The notes beneath the pieces are model-generated. The model had not been told where the DNA came from, searched no databases, and saw nothing but the letters and a program-made list of their open reading frames with translations. From NCBI GenBank assembly GCA_022710715.1, contig JAKLGJ010000004.1, positions 128,166 to 192,165 on the forward strand: DNA of 64,000 nucleotides. The letters are read 5' to 3'. This DNA is from Candidatus Omnitrophota bacterium (lineage in GTDB: Bacteria; Omnitrophota; Gorgyraeia; Gygaellales; Profunditerraquicolaceae). Both the position numbers and the translations under genes were made by a program. How positions within the stretch are numbered: position 1 is the stretch's first letter; each line of letters starts with the position of its first letter. Shown piece after piece: positions 10,191 to 19,296 of this stretch.

Positions 10191-11231
10191 TTATACCGCG
10201 AGGATCTTCTGCGGATAGGCCAGCAGGATATCCCGGCAGGAGTCGCGCATGGCCAGCGAGGCGCTGATCTGTGTCGCCTGCGCCAGCGAGGCGCTGATCT
10301 GCGTTTTGGCATAATCGAGCGCCCCGGAAGCGATCACCAGCTGCCGGATGAAGCGCAGGTCCCGCACCGTAACGTTCGGCGCGGTAAGAATGCGCTGGAG
10401 GCGTTTTTTGTCCGTCGGCGATGCGTGTCGAAAAGCATACCAGACCAGAAGCGTCTTTTTGCCTTCCTTGATGTCCGTCAACGGCGATTTGCCGATTTCC
10501 GCTTTACTGCCGAACATATCGAGTATATCGTCTTTAATCTGAAATGCCCTGCCCAGCAGTATGCCGTATCGCGTAAGCTTATTGATCTCCGGCTGTTTTG
10601 CCCCGGCGAGAATCGCGCCCAGGGTCAAAGGGGAACAGAACGTATAGTAAGCCGTTTTCAAATCGTAGATGATATCGATGTCTCTGCGGCTGAAGTTTTT
10701 CAGCTGTTTAGTGCCGGCAAGCAGTTCAACAAACTCGCCGCTGCCGGTATAAATCGCGGTCTGGATGAATCGTTTCAACGCGCGCAGTTTCCGGCCGGGG
10801 TTTTCCCCGATCGAGAGGAAGGCGTCGATAGCCATGGCATAGATGATATCGCCGACGACAATAGCCAGATCGCTGCCCGTAAACTTCAATCTGCCGCTGC
10901 GGGGAAGGGTGCGGTCAAGCATGGTATGCATCGCCGGTTCCCCTTTGCGCAGGCTGGATTTGTCGATAATGTCGTCATGTATAAGCAGGAACGCGTGCAA
11001 CAGCTCCAGGCCCAGCGCGCTTTCGTAGATGCCTTTGGCCGGGCGCCGGCTGTAACCCAGGTAGGAGAGCGTAAAGAGCAGCGGCCGGACGCGCTTGCCG
11101 CTGCGGCGCAGGAAGTTTGCGACATTCGCGTGCAGAAAAGGGGAAATCTTTTTTAATCCGTACCTGCGATCCAGGTTGTCGGTAAACGTCGAGAGCGTTT
11201 TTTCAATATTCTTTTTTATTTTATCGAGCAT
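10191..11231 (-). CDS. Polyprenyl diphosphate synthase (trans-isoprenyl diphosphate synthase family)
   Basis: First aspartate-rich motif LIHDDIIDKSSLRKG and second motif FQIKDDILD. The C-terminus contains an imperfect 30-bp tandem duplication (TQISASLAQA / TQISASLAMR). Confidence 0.85.
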   Translation of the reverse strand: MLDKIKKNIEKTLSTFTDNLDRRYGLKKISPFLHANVANFLRRSGKRVRPLLFTLSYLGYSRRPAKGIYESALGLELLHAFLLIHDDIIDKSSLRKGEPAMHTMLDRTLPRSGRLKFTGSDLAIVVGDIIYAMAIDAFLSIGENPGRKLRALKRFIQTAIYTGSGEFVELLAGTKQLKNFSRRDIDIIYDLKTAYYTFCSPLTLGAILAGAKQPEINKLTRYGILLGRAFQIKDDILDMFGSKAEIGKSPLTDIKEGKKTLLVWYAFRHASPTDKKRLQRILTAPNVTVRDLRFIRQLVIASGALDYAKTQISASLAQATQISASLAMRDSCRDILLAYPQKILAV

Positions 11232-11249
11232 GTTTTTATGCTACCATAG

Positions 11250-12431
<1,182 letters not shown>

Positions 12432-12439
12432 GCAAGGCT

Positions 12440-13141
12440 ATGTTACGTATCGACATCATCACCATATTCCCGGGCATGTTCGACCCGGTGCTCAATGAAT
12501 CGATCGTTAAACGCGCCCAGGCGAAGAAAAAAGTGAGCATCCGGGTGCACGATCTGCGCGCTTACTCGAAAGAGAAACACCGCAAGGTCGATGACCGGCC
12601 TTTTGGCGGAGGTTCCGGCATGGTGTTGTGCCCGGAGCCGCTGTTCGCCGCGGTCAAAGCGCTGCTGCCGCGCGCCAAAGCGCAACGCGCCAGGACCCAG
12701 GTAGTGTTGCTTTGTCCTCAAGGCGCGACGCTGGATCAGAAAACCGCCCGGCAGCTGGCCGGGTATAGCCGGCTGATCCTTATCTGCGGCCATTACGAAG
12801 GGATAGATGAGCGCGTACGCGCATTCCTGGCGGACCGGGAGATTTCCATCGGCGATTACGTGCTGACCGGAGGGGAATTGCCGGCCATGGTCCTGGTGGA
12901 TTGCGTGGTCAGGCTGGTGCCGGGAGTGCTGGGGGATAAAAATTCCTTGAATTTTGAGTCATTTGAGGGTAATCTATTAGAATATCCGCAGTATACCCGT
13001 CCTGCGGATTTCCAGGGTATGTCTGTGCCTGCGGTGTTACTGTCAGGCGATCATACCAAAATCGAGCACTGGCGTAAAGCACAGGCTTTGAAACGGACAC
13101 AAGAAAGACGGCCGGATCTGTTACGCGCAAAAAGTGCATAA
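12440..13141 (+). CDS. trmD: tRNA (guanine37-N1)-methyltransferase
   Basis: [26 protein letters not shown] and [12 protein letters not shown]. Confidence 0.9.
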   Translation: MLRIDIITIFPGMFDPVLNESIVKRAQAKKKVSIRVHDLRAYSKEKHRKVDDRPFGGGSGMVLCPEPLFAAVKALLPRAKAQRARTQVVLLCPQGATLDQKTARQLAGYSRLILICGHYEGIDERVRAFLADREISIGDYVLTGGELPAMVLVDCVVRLVPGVLGDKNSLNFESFEGNLLEYPQYTRPADFQGMSVPAVLLSGDHTKIEHWRKAQALKRTQERRPDLLRAKSA

Positions 13142-13211
13142 CTAAGAAAGCTGACACCTGGCGCTTATCAGGAATTGTGCCAGTGTTTTGCTTCTGCAAA
13201 AGGAGTTACTC

Positions 13212-13559
13212 ATGGATAAGATCAAGCTGGTTGAACAGGAATTCACCAACAAGAAGCTGCCCGCCATCAATGTCGGCGACACGGTCAAAGTGTTGACCAA
13301 GATTCCCGAAGGGGATAAGATACGACTGCATCCTTTCGAGGGTGTGGTGATCGCCAAAAAAGGCCGGGGCACCAACGCGAGTTTTACCGTACGTAAAGTT
13401 TCTTACGGCGAAGGAACGGAGCGCGTCTTCAATCTCTATTCGCCGAATATCGAACGCATTGAAGTCACCAGAAAAGGCAAAGTAAAGCGGGCTAAGCTGT
13501 ATTACCTCCGGGCCAAAATCGGCAAACGCGCCACCAAGATCGAGGCTCTCGAGGCATAA
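13212..13559 (+). CDS. rplS: 50S ribosomal protein L19
   Basis: MDKIKLVEQEF...PAINVGDTVKV...FEGVVIAKKGRG...TVRKVSYGEGTERVF matches L19. RBS aaaggag lies 6 nt upstream of ATG 13212. Confidence 0.9.
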   Translation: MDKIKLVEQEFTNKKLPAINVGDTVKVLTKIPEGDKIRLHPFEGVVIAKKGRGTNASFTVRKVSYGEGTERVFNLYSPNIERIEVTRKGKVKRAKLYYLRAKIGKRATKIEALEA

Positions 13560-13574
13560 CCTGGTCTTTCTATC

Positions 13575-14189
13575 GTGCAGAGGATGCTGTATTACGAGCA
13601 TAAGTTCCGCCAGCTGGGCAGGGATGTCGTTATCGGCGTGGATGAAGCCGGCCGGGGTCCGCTTGCCGGCCCGGTAGTCGCTGCGGCAGTATACCTCCAG
13701 CAGTCGAGTTTCAAGCAGCGTATCGACGATTCGAAGAAGCTGTCAGCCTCCCAAAGAGACAGAGCTTTTTTTGAGATCACTTCCCAGAATAATTTTGGTG
13801 TCGGTATCATCAACGAGCGGGTTATCGACCGGTTGAACATACTGGTGGCTACGCGCATCGCCATGGAACAGGCCCTGGAGGCGCTGTTCAAGCAGTTGTC
13901 CCGCTGCGATGCCGCCCGTATGCAGGTTCTGGTCGACGGACCGATGCGCCCGTCGTGCGCGGTACCCTGCGCGGCGATTATCGGCGGCGACGGAAAATCG
14001 CAGAGTATCGCCGCGGCCTCGATCATCGCCAAAGTGGTCCGCGACCGGATCATGTGCATCTATGACCGGGTGTTTCCCGGATACGGGTTTGTACAGCACA
14101 AAGGATATCCGACGCAGCAGCACCGCAGCGTCCTGGCGCGCTTAGGCCGGACACCCATCCATAGAATGAGTTTTATGGCTGATGCATAA
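13575..14189 (+). CDS. rnhB: Ribonuclease HII
   Basis: VIGVDEAGRGPLAGPVVAAAV (the DEAGRG active-site motif) and DDSKKL. Confidence 0.9.
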   Translation: MQRMLYYEHKFRQLGRDVVIGVDEAGRGPLAGPVVAAAVYLQQSSFKQRIDDSKKLSASQRDRAFFEITSQNNFGVGIINERVIDRLNILVATRIAMEQALEALFKQLSRCDAARMQVLVDGPMRPSCAVPCAAIIGGDGKSQSIAAASIIAKVVRDRIMCIYDRVFPGYGFVQHKGYPTQQHRSVLARLGRTPIHRMSFMADA

Positions 14190-14556
14190 AGGGCATATTC
14201 AAAGAGGGCGGGCCGGAGAAGAACAAGCCGCCGGTTTCCTGGAAGCGAACGGTTATGCGATCGTGTGCAGGAATTACCGCAACCGTTTCGGGGAGATCGA
14301 TATTATCGCCCGGCATGAAAAGGCCGTCTGTTTCATCGAAGTCAAAACCCGGCAATCCTGCGATTACGGCCGGCCGGCTGAAGCGGTCTATGCGATCAAA
14401 CAGCGCAGGATCGTCAGGGTGGCCACCCAGTTCTTGAAGGAGCGCGGGTGGCTGGAGGAACGAGTGCGCTTCGACGTGGTCTCCATCGTCCTGGGACAGG
14501 AGCCTGCGCGGATAGAGTTGATCCGGGACGCTTTTGAAGCCGAACCCGAGGTATAG
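14182..14556 (+). CDS. yraN: YraN-family endonuclease (UPF0102)
   Basis: GEEQAAGFLEANGYAIVCRNYRNRFGEIDIIARHEKAVCFIEVKTR is the YraN/UPF0102 signature. 124 aa. Confidence 0.8.
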   Translation: MHKGHIQRGRAGEEQAAGFLEANGYAIVCRNYRNRFGEIDIIARHEKAVCFIEVKTRQSCDYGRPAEAVYAIKQRRIVRVATQFLKERGWLEERVRFDVVSIVLGQEPARIELIRDAFEAEPEV

Positions 14557-14562
14557 ACGCCA

Positions 14563-15126
14563 ATGATGTACAAGGACAGTTCGCTCAAACAGTATTGCGA
14601 TGATGTCGCGGCGAAGCTCGCCGCCCCCGGCGGCGGATCGGTCAGCGCTTTGACCGCCTGTATGGGCGTTTCGCTGTTGAGCATGGTCATCAATTTCACG
14701 CTGGGCAAGCCCCGTTTTGCGCGTTACGAAGCGTTGTTGCGCCGGCGTCTGGAAGACACGGAGAAACTGCGCCGTGAATTGCTGCGCCTGGTCGATCTCG
14801 ATGTCGCCGCATTCAAGAGCGGCTCTGCCCGCGATGCTTTTGCCGTGCCGTTGATGATCTGCCGTCTTTCGTTAGCCGGAGGGCGGCTCTGTAAGCTGTT
14901 GTTGACCAGTACCAATCCGGCGCTGATCAGCGATATCGGCGTGGCCGCGGTTTTGCTGGAAGCGGCTTTTGCCGGCGCGGCGATGAATGTGGATATCAAT
15001 CTCAAGACGCTCGATGATGCTTCGCTTTCCCGCAAGTCAAGGCGGGAGCTGGCGGCGGGTCGTAAACAGATACAACGTATCCGTGCGAACGTGGAGGAGT
15101 ATGTCGGCAAAGTTATTGGAAGGTAA
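14563..15126 (+). CDS. Cyclodeaminase/cyclohydrolase family protein (FchA / FtcD C-domain-like methenyl- or formimino-THF enzyme)
   Basis: YCDDVAAKLAAPGGGSVSALTACMGVSLLSMV is typical of the formiminotransferase-cyclodeaminase C-terminal domain family. It lies directly upstream of folD and overlaps it. Confidence 0.75.
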   Translation: MMYKDSSLKQYCDDVAAKLAAPGGGSVSALTACMGVSLLSMVINFTLGKPRFARYEALLRRRLEDTEKLRRELLRLVDLDVAAFKSGSARDAFAVPLMICRLSLAGGRLCKLLLTSTNPALISDIGVAAVLLEAAFAGAAMNVDINLKTLDDASLSRKSRRELAAGRKQIQRIRANVEEYVGKVIGR

Positions 15127-15940
15127 GCTCATTGCTGATCAGTTGCGCGAGATCTTGAAACAGAAGATCCAGGCGGCGCATGCGCGCCTGCGGCTGGCAA
15201 GTATTCAGGTGGGAACGAATCCCGCCACCGAAGTGTATATCAAATCCCAGAAGAGGATCGCCGATCTGCTGGGGATCGACTATCAGCTGCATGCGCTTCC
15301 CAAAGAGACCAGCCAGGAGGCGTTCTGCGCGTTCGCCGCCGGGCTCAACCGCGATGCCGGAGTGCAGGGCATCATCGTGCAGCTGCCGCTGCCTTTGCAT
15401 TTGAGCTATACCGAGGTCATCCAGTGTATTGTTCCGGAAAAAGATATTGAGGGCATGCATCCGATCAACCTGGGCAGAGTGGTGTTCGGCAAAGCCAGGA
15501 TCCTGCCCTGCACTGCCGCCGCTGCCATGGAACTGTTGCAGTCGATCGGGATGGGTTTATCCGGCAAAGAGGTCGTTATTATCGGCCACAGCGAGATCGT
15601 AGGCAAACCGCTGGCTTTGATGCTCATGGATAAGCTGGCCACGGTCACTGTTTGCCACATCGGCACCTACAAAGCGGGTAAACTCGAGGAGCATGTGCGC
15701 AGAGCGGATATCCTGATCGTAGCTGTGGGCAAGCCCGGATTGATCAAAGGCGAGTGGATCAAGGAGAAAGCCGTGATCATCGATATCGGAATCAACAAGA
15801 TCGGCGATAAGATCGTCGGCGATGTGGAGTTCGAGGAAGCCCAGAAACATGCCGCCTGGATCACGCCGGTGCCCGGGGGCGTGGGGCCGCTGACGGTGAT
15901 GATGCTCATGCGTAACCTGGTAGAAGCCGCCCACCTGTAG
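15101..15940 (+). CDS. folD: Bifunctional methylene-THF dehydrogenase / methenyl-THF cyclohydrolase
   Basis: MSAKLLEGKLIADQLR N-terminus, VQLPLP and the Rossmann motif VVIIGHSEIVGKPLA. Start ATG 15101 is inside ORF 14987. Confidence 0.9.
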   Translation: MSAKLLEGKLIADQLREILKQKIQAAHARLRLASIQVGTNPATEVYIKSQKRIADLLGIDYQLHALPKETSQEAFCAFAAGLNRDAGVQGIIVQLPLPLHLSYTEVIQCIVPEKDIEGMHPINLGRVVFGKARILPCTAAAAMELLQSIGMGLSGKEVVIIGHSEIVGKPLALMLMDKLATVTVCHIGTYKAGKLEEHVRRADILIVAVGKPGLIKGEWIKEKAVIIDIGINKIGDKIVGDVEFEEAQKHAAWITPVPGGVGPLTVMMLMRNLVEAAHL

Positions 15941-15949
15941 CGAAAAAAA

Positions 15950-16279
15950 ATGAAAACGATCATCCTGCTTACCATCTCGAATATTTTCATGACTTTTGCC
16001 TGGTACGGTCACCTGAAATACCGGAATTCGCCGTTATGGATAGCGATCGCGGTCAGCTGGTCGATCGCGCTGGTGGAATACTGTTTTCAGGTCCCGGCCA
16101 ACCGCATCGGGTCGTATCATTTTTCAACCGCGCAGTTGAAAACCATCCAGGAAGTGATCACCCTGGCGGTGTTCGTGGTCTTTTCCCTGTTCTATCTGAA
16201 AGAAGATTTCAAGTGGAACTACCTGGCCGGCTTTCTGTGCATCATCGCCGCCGTTTTCTTTGTTTTCAAAAAGTGGTAG
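15950..16279 (+). CDS. DMT-superfamily small membrane protein (DUF486-like)
   Basis: 109 aa with three to four predicted TM helices. The N-terminus MKTIILLTISNIFMTFAWYGHLKY resembles the DUF486 family. Confidence 0.65.
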   Translation: MKTIILLTISNIFMTFAWYGHLKYRNSPLWIAIAVSWSIALVEYCFQVPANRIGSYHFSTAQLKTIQEVITLAVFVVFSLFYLKEDFKWNYLAGFLCIIAAVFFVFKKW

Positions 16280-17463
16280 CCGGATCGGTTCCCCTGCAAC
16301 AATCATGCCTGCATTTCCCCCTGTGCGGGGGCTGCGAATATCAGGATGTTCCCTATCCCAAGCAGCTCGAAGATAAACAGATCTATCTTGAGCATCTCTT
16401 CGCGCGTTTCAAAGCCAGGGAATTCCGGCCGATCATCCCCTCCCCGCAACTGCGGGCGTACCGCAATAAAATGGAGTATGCGGTGGGAGGCAGCGCCGAA
16501 GCGCCCTGTATCGGTTTGCGCCGGAAGAAGCAGCACCGGGCGTTGATCGATGTGCAAGAGTGTCCGGTGTTTTCCCCGGATACCCGGGCGTTGCTGGACG
16601 TATTCCGGGACTGGATGCGTACGCTCACTATCCTGCCCTACGATGTGTATAAACATACCGGCCAGCTGCGGTATGTGACGGTGCGTCACGCGAAATATAC
16701 CGATGAGATGCTGGTTTCCGTGGTAATGGCGGCAGAGCCTGCGCAGATCGAGCGCGAGCGTCAGACGGAGAAATACCGTTGGCTGGTAGAGCGCTTAAGC
16801 GCTTTGCCGATGGTCCGGTCGATTTACGCCTGCGCGAACAGCTCCTGGTCGGATACCGCTCTGACCGATGCGATGATCCTGCTCTGGGGAACCGAGAGCG
16901 TCACCGAACGCATCAATGATCGCGACTATCAGATCGGTCCGCGGACCTTTTTTCAGACCAACTCTTTCTGTTGCGCCCGCCTTTATGAGGAGATCCGCCG
17001 CCAGGTAGGAGTTCATGCCGGCAGGACGCTGGATCTGTATTGCGGCTGCGCGGGGATCACTCTGCAGGTAGCGGATGCAGTAAGCGAAGTAGTGGGGGTG
17101 GACAATCTTCCTGCGAATATCGATCAGGCCCGGGTCAATGCCCGGCTTAACGGTGTGACCAACGCTACGTTTATCTGCGCCGACGCGCAGGAACTGATCC
17201 GGCAGGTAGCAGCCGGACCGCAGCAGGACCGGTTCGAGACGATCATTGTCGATCCTCCCCGGGTCGGTCTGACGCGTAAAAGCAGGCAGTTGCTGCTCGC
17301 GAGCCAGGCGCGGGCGATTGTTTATGTTTCCTGCAATCCCCTTAATCTGGCCGAGGATCTCAAGATCCTCACTACCGAGTATGCCGTTGAGAGTATCACC
17401 GGGGTGGATATGTTTCCCTATACCCGGCATATGGAAGTGGTGGCGGGTTTGCGCCGGCAATAA
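16273..17463 (+). CDS. Class I SAM-dependent RNA (uracil-5)-methyltransferase, RumA/TrmA family, no TRAM domain
   Basis: Fe-S-type cysteine cluster CLHFPLCGGC, the SAM motif DLYCGCAGITL and the catalytic motifs VDPPRVG and CNP. The upstream part of table ORF 16036 overlaps the DMT gene, so the likely start is the in-frame GTG 16273. Confidence 0.75.
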   Translation: MVAGSVPLQQSCLHFPLCGGCEYQDVPYPKQLEDKQIYLEHLFARFKAREFRPIIPSPQLRAYRNKMEYAVGGSAEAPCIGLRRKKQHRALIDVQECPVFSPDTRALLDVFRDWMRTLTILPYDVYKHTGQLRYVTVRHAKYTDEMLVSVVMAAEPAQIERERQTEKYRWLVERLSALPMVRSIYACANSSWSDTALTDAMILLWGTESVTERINDRDYQIGPRTFFQTNSFCCARLYEEIRRQVGVHAGRTLDLYCGCAGITLQVADAVSEVVGVDNLPANIDQARVNARLNGVTNATFICADAQELIRQVAAGPQQDRFETIIVDPPRVGLTRKSRQLLLASQARAIVYVSCNPLNLAEDLKILTTEYAVESITGVDMFPYTRHMEVVAGLRRQ

Positions 17464-17467
17464 CGCT

Positions 17468-17496
17468 TTGACAAACCCGATTGCTGCGGTTACAAT
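17468..17496 (+). promoter_or_regulatory. Near-consensus sigma70 promoter TTGACA-17-TACAAT for the metF-acsB operon
   Basis: ttgaca at 17468-17473, a 17-nt spacer and tacaat at 17491-17496. The metF ATG at 17522 is about 20 nt downstream of the predicted transcription start. Confidence 0.5.
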
Positions 17497-17521
17497 AAAT
17501 GATGAGCACAAAGAGAACGCA

Positions 17522-18397
17522 ATGACCTTCAGAGAAAAACTTACCAGCGGGCGGTTCCTGGTCACCACCGAGATCGGCCCGCCGAAAGGCATCGATATTC
17601 AGCACGTGCTGGACGCGGCCGAGTCTACGCGCGGGCGGGTCGACGCGTTGAATGTGACCGACCTTCAGAGTTCGATCATGCGTCTGGGGTCGTTGGTGGT
17701 TTCGGGTATCCTGCAGGCGCGCGGTTTCGAGCCGATCTGTCAGGTTACCTGCAGGGATCGGAATCGTCTGGCTTTGCAATCGGATATCCTGTCCGTCGCG
17801 GCTCTGGGAATAGAGAATCTCCTTATCCTGACCGGAGATTATCCGACTATCGGCGATCATCCGGAGGCAAAACCGGTGTTCGACCTTGATGCGGTGCAAT
17901 TGCTGGAAGTGGTCGGCAGGCTGCAGCGGGGCGAGGATATGAACGGCAATAAGCTCATCGGGCCGGCGCCGCGCTATTTCGCGGGGGCGGTGGTCAATCC
18001 CGGGGCTGATCCGCTGGAGCCGGAATTGATCAAGATGGAGAAGAAAGTCCGCGCCGGAGCGCAGTTTTTTCAAACCCAGGCGGTTTTTGATGTCGAGGCG
18101 TTCGAGCGTTTTATGCACAAGGTCCGGTATCTCAATGTGCCGGTGCTGGCAGGGATCATTCTGTTGAAATCCGAGAAAATGGCGCGGTACCTTAATCAGC
18201 ACGTTCCGGGGATCTGCGTGCCGCAGGAGTTGATCCAGAAGTTGTCCGCCGCCGGCGATAAAGCGGCGGTGTCGTGCGAGATCGCCGCGGCGTTGATTCG
18301 CCGCATCAAGCCGTTGTGCCGGGGAGTGCATATAATCCCCATCGGCTGGGATAAACAGGTGCCGCTGGTGCTTGACGCGGCAGGAATAAACCCATGA
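17522..18397 (+). CDS. metF: Methylenetetrahydrofolate reductase
   Basis: MTFREKLTSGRFLVTTEIGPPKG...LNVTD...TCRDRN match MetF. The consensus promoter TTGACA-17-TACAAT lies 30-50 nt upstream. Start is ATG 17522 within ORF 17318. Confidence 0.85.
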   Translation: MTFREKLTSGRFLVTTEIGPPKGIDIQHVLDAAESTRGRVDALNVTDLQSSIMRLGSLVVSGILQARGFEPICQVTCRDRNRLALQSDILSVAALGIENLLILTGDYPTIGDHPEAKPVFDLDAVQLLEVVGRLQRGEDMNGNKLIGPAPRYFAGAVVNPGADPLEPELIKMEKKVRAGAQFFQTQAVFDVEAFERFMHKVRYLNVPVLAGIILLKSEKMARYLNQHVPGICVPQELIQKLSAAGDKAAVSCEIAAALIRRIKPLCRGVHIIPIGWDKQVPLVLDAAGINP

Positions 18398-19296
18398 AAA
18401 AAATAGTCATCATCGGAGCTTCCATCGCAGGCCACACGGCCGCCGTCGGGCTGCGGGAAAAGATCAAAGACTGTCAGATCAGCCTGATTACCGAAGGTTC
18501 GTATCCGTTATACGATAAGTCGAAGCTGCTGCAGTATCTCTGCGGTCTGCTTAAAGAGAAGGATCTGCTGATGGTCGGTCCCGATTTTTACCAGCAGCAG
18601 TCGATCGAGTTCCTTAAAGACAGGAAAGTCGTGCAGGTCAGCCCGTCAAGAAAAGTCGTCCACTGCCGGCACAAAGACAAGCGGGAGAGTTATGAGTATG
18701 ATTTCCTGGCGGTTTGTTCGGGCCGGCGTTCCGTGCTGCCGGAAATCACCGGGATCAATAAAGAGGGTATTTACACGCTTGATTCGCTCAACGATTACAA
18801 GCAGCTGCGCCAGCATCTGATCAGCGATCCGGTCTGTTTCATCGGATCCGTACGCCGGGCGTTGCCGGCTGCGACCATGCTTGCCGGTAGGCAGCGGGAA
18901 GTAAAGGTGATCTCTTCGGAGGGCATGCAGCCGGCTGAACCCATCGACGGGATGGAGATCGTTTCCAGCGAAGTGATCGAGTTGATCGGGGAATCCGGGG
19001 TGCAGGCGATACGTCTGAAAGAGGGCAAGATCATCGGTACGTCCCTGCCGGTATTCGTTCCTGCCCTGACCGCCGCCAACAGCGATTTTCTCAAGGATAG
19101 CGGTATTACTATGGACGGTGAACTGTTGTGCGTCGATGAATCGATGTGTACCAGTATCAAAACAATTTACGCCAGCGGCGCGGTGTGTTTGCGTCAAGGC
19201 GCTGCAGCGGCCGAGAAAAGCTGGGATGAGGCGATTCAGGAAAGCCGCATGCTTGTCGATGGTCTGGCGAAGGCTATAGGAGGCGCGGATGTCTGA
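18394..19296 (+). CDS. Short FAD/NAD(P)-binding pyridine nucleotide-disulfide oxidoreductase-family protein
   Basis: Dinucleotide-binding motif MKKIVIIGASIAGHTAA at the N-terminus. At 300 aa it lacks the usual C-terminal dimerisation domain. The ATGA and ATGTCTGA overlaps couple it translationally to metF and acsB. Confidence 0.65.
   Translation: MKKIVIIGASIAGHTAAVGLREKIKDCQISLITEGSYPLYDKSKLLQYLCGLLKEKDLLMVGPDFYQQQSIEFLKDRKVVQVSPSRKVVHCRHKDKRESYEYDFLAVCSGRRSVLPEITGINKEGIYTLDSLNDYKQLRQHLISDPVCFIGSVRRALPAATMLAGRQREVKVISSEGMQPAEPIDGMEIVSSEVIELIGESGVQAIRLKEGKIIGTSLPVFVPALTAANSDFLKDSGITMDGELLCVDESMCTSIKTIYASGAVCLRQGAAAAEKSWDEAIQESRMLVDGLAKAIGGADV

Noticed and set aside
16036-16272. A 5' extension of the RumA-type methyltransferase ORF to 16036.
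   Set aside because: It fully overlaps the better-supported DUF486 membrane-protein gene in another frame. An in-frame GTG at 16273, just before the Fe-S cysteine cluster, gives a protein of normal length.
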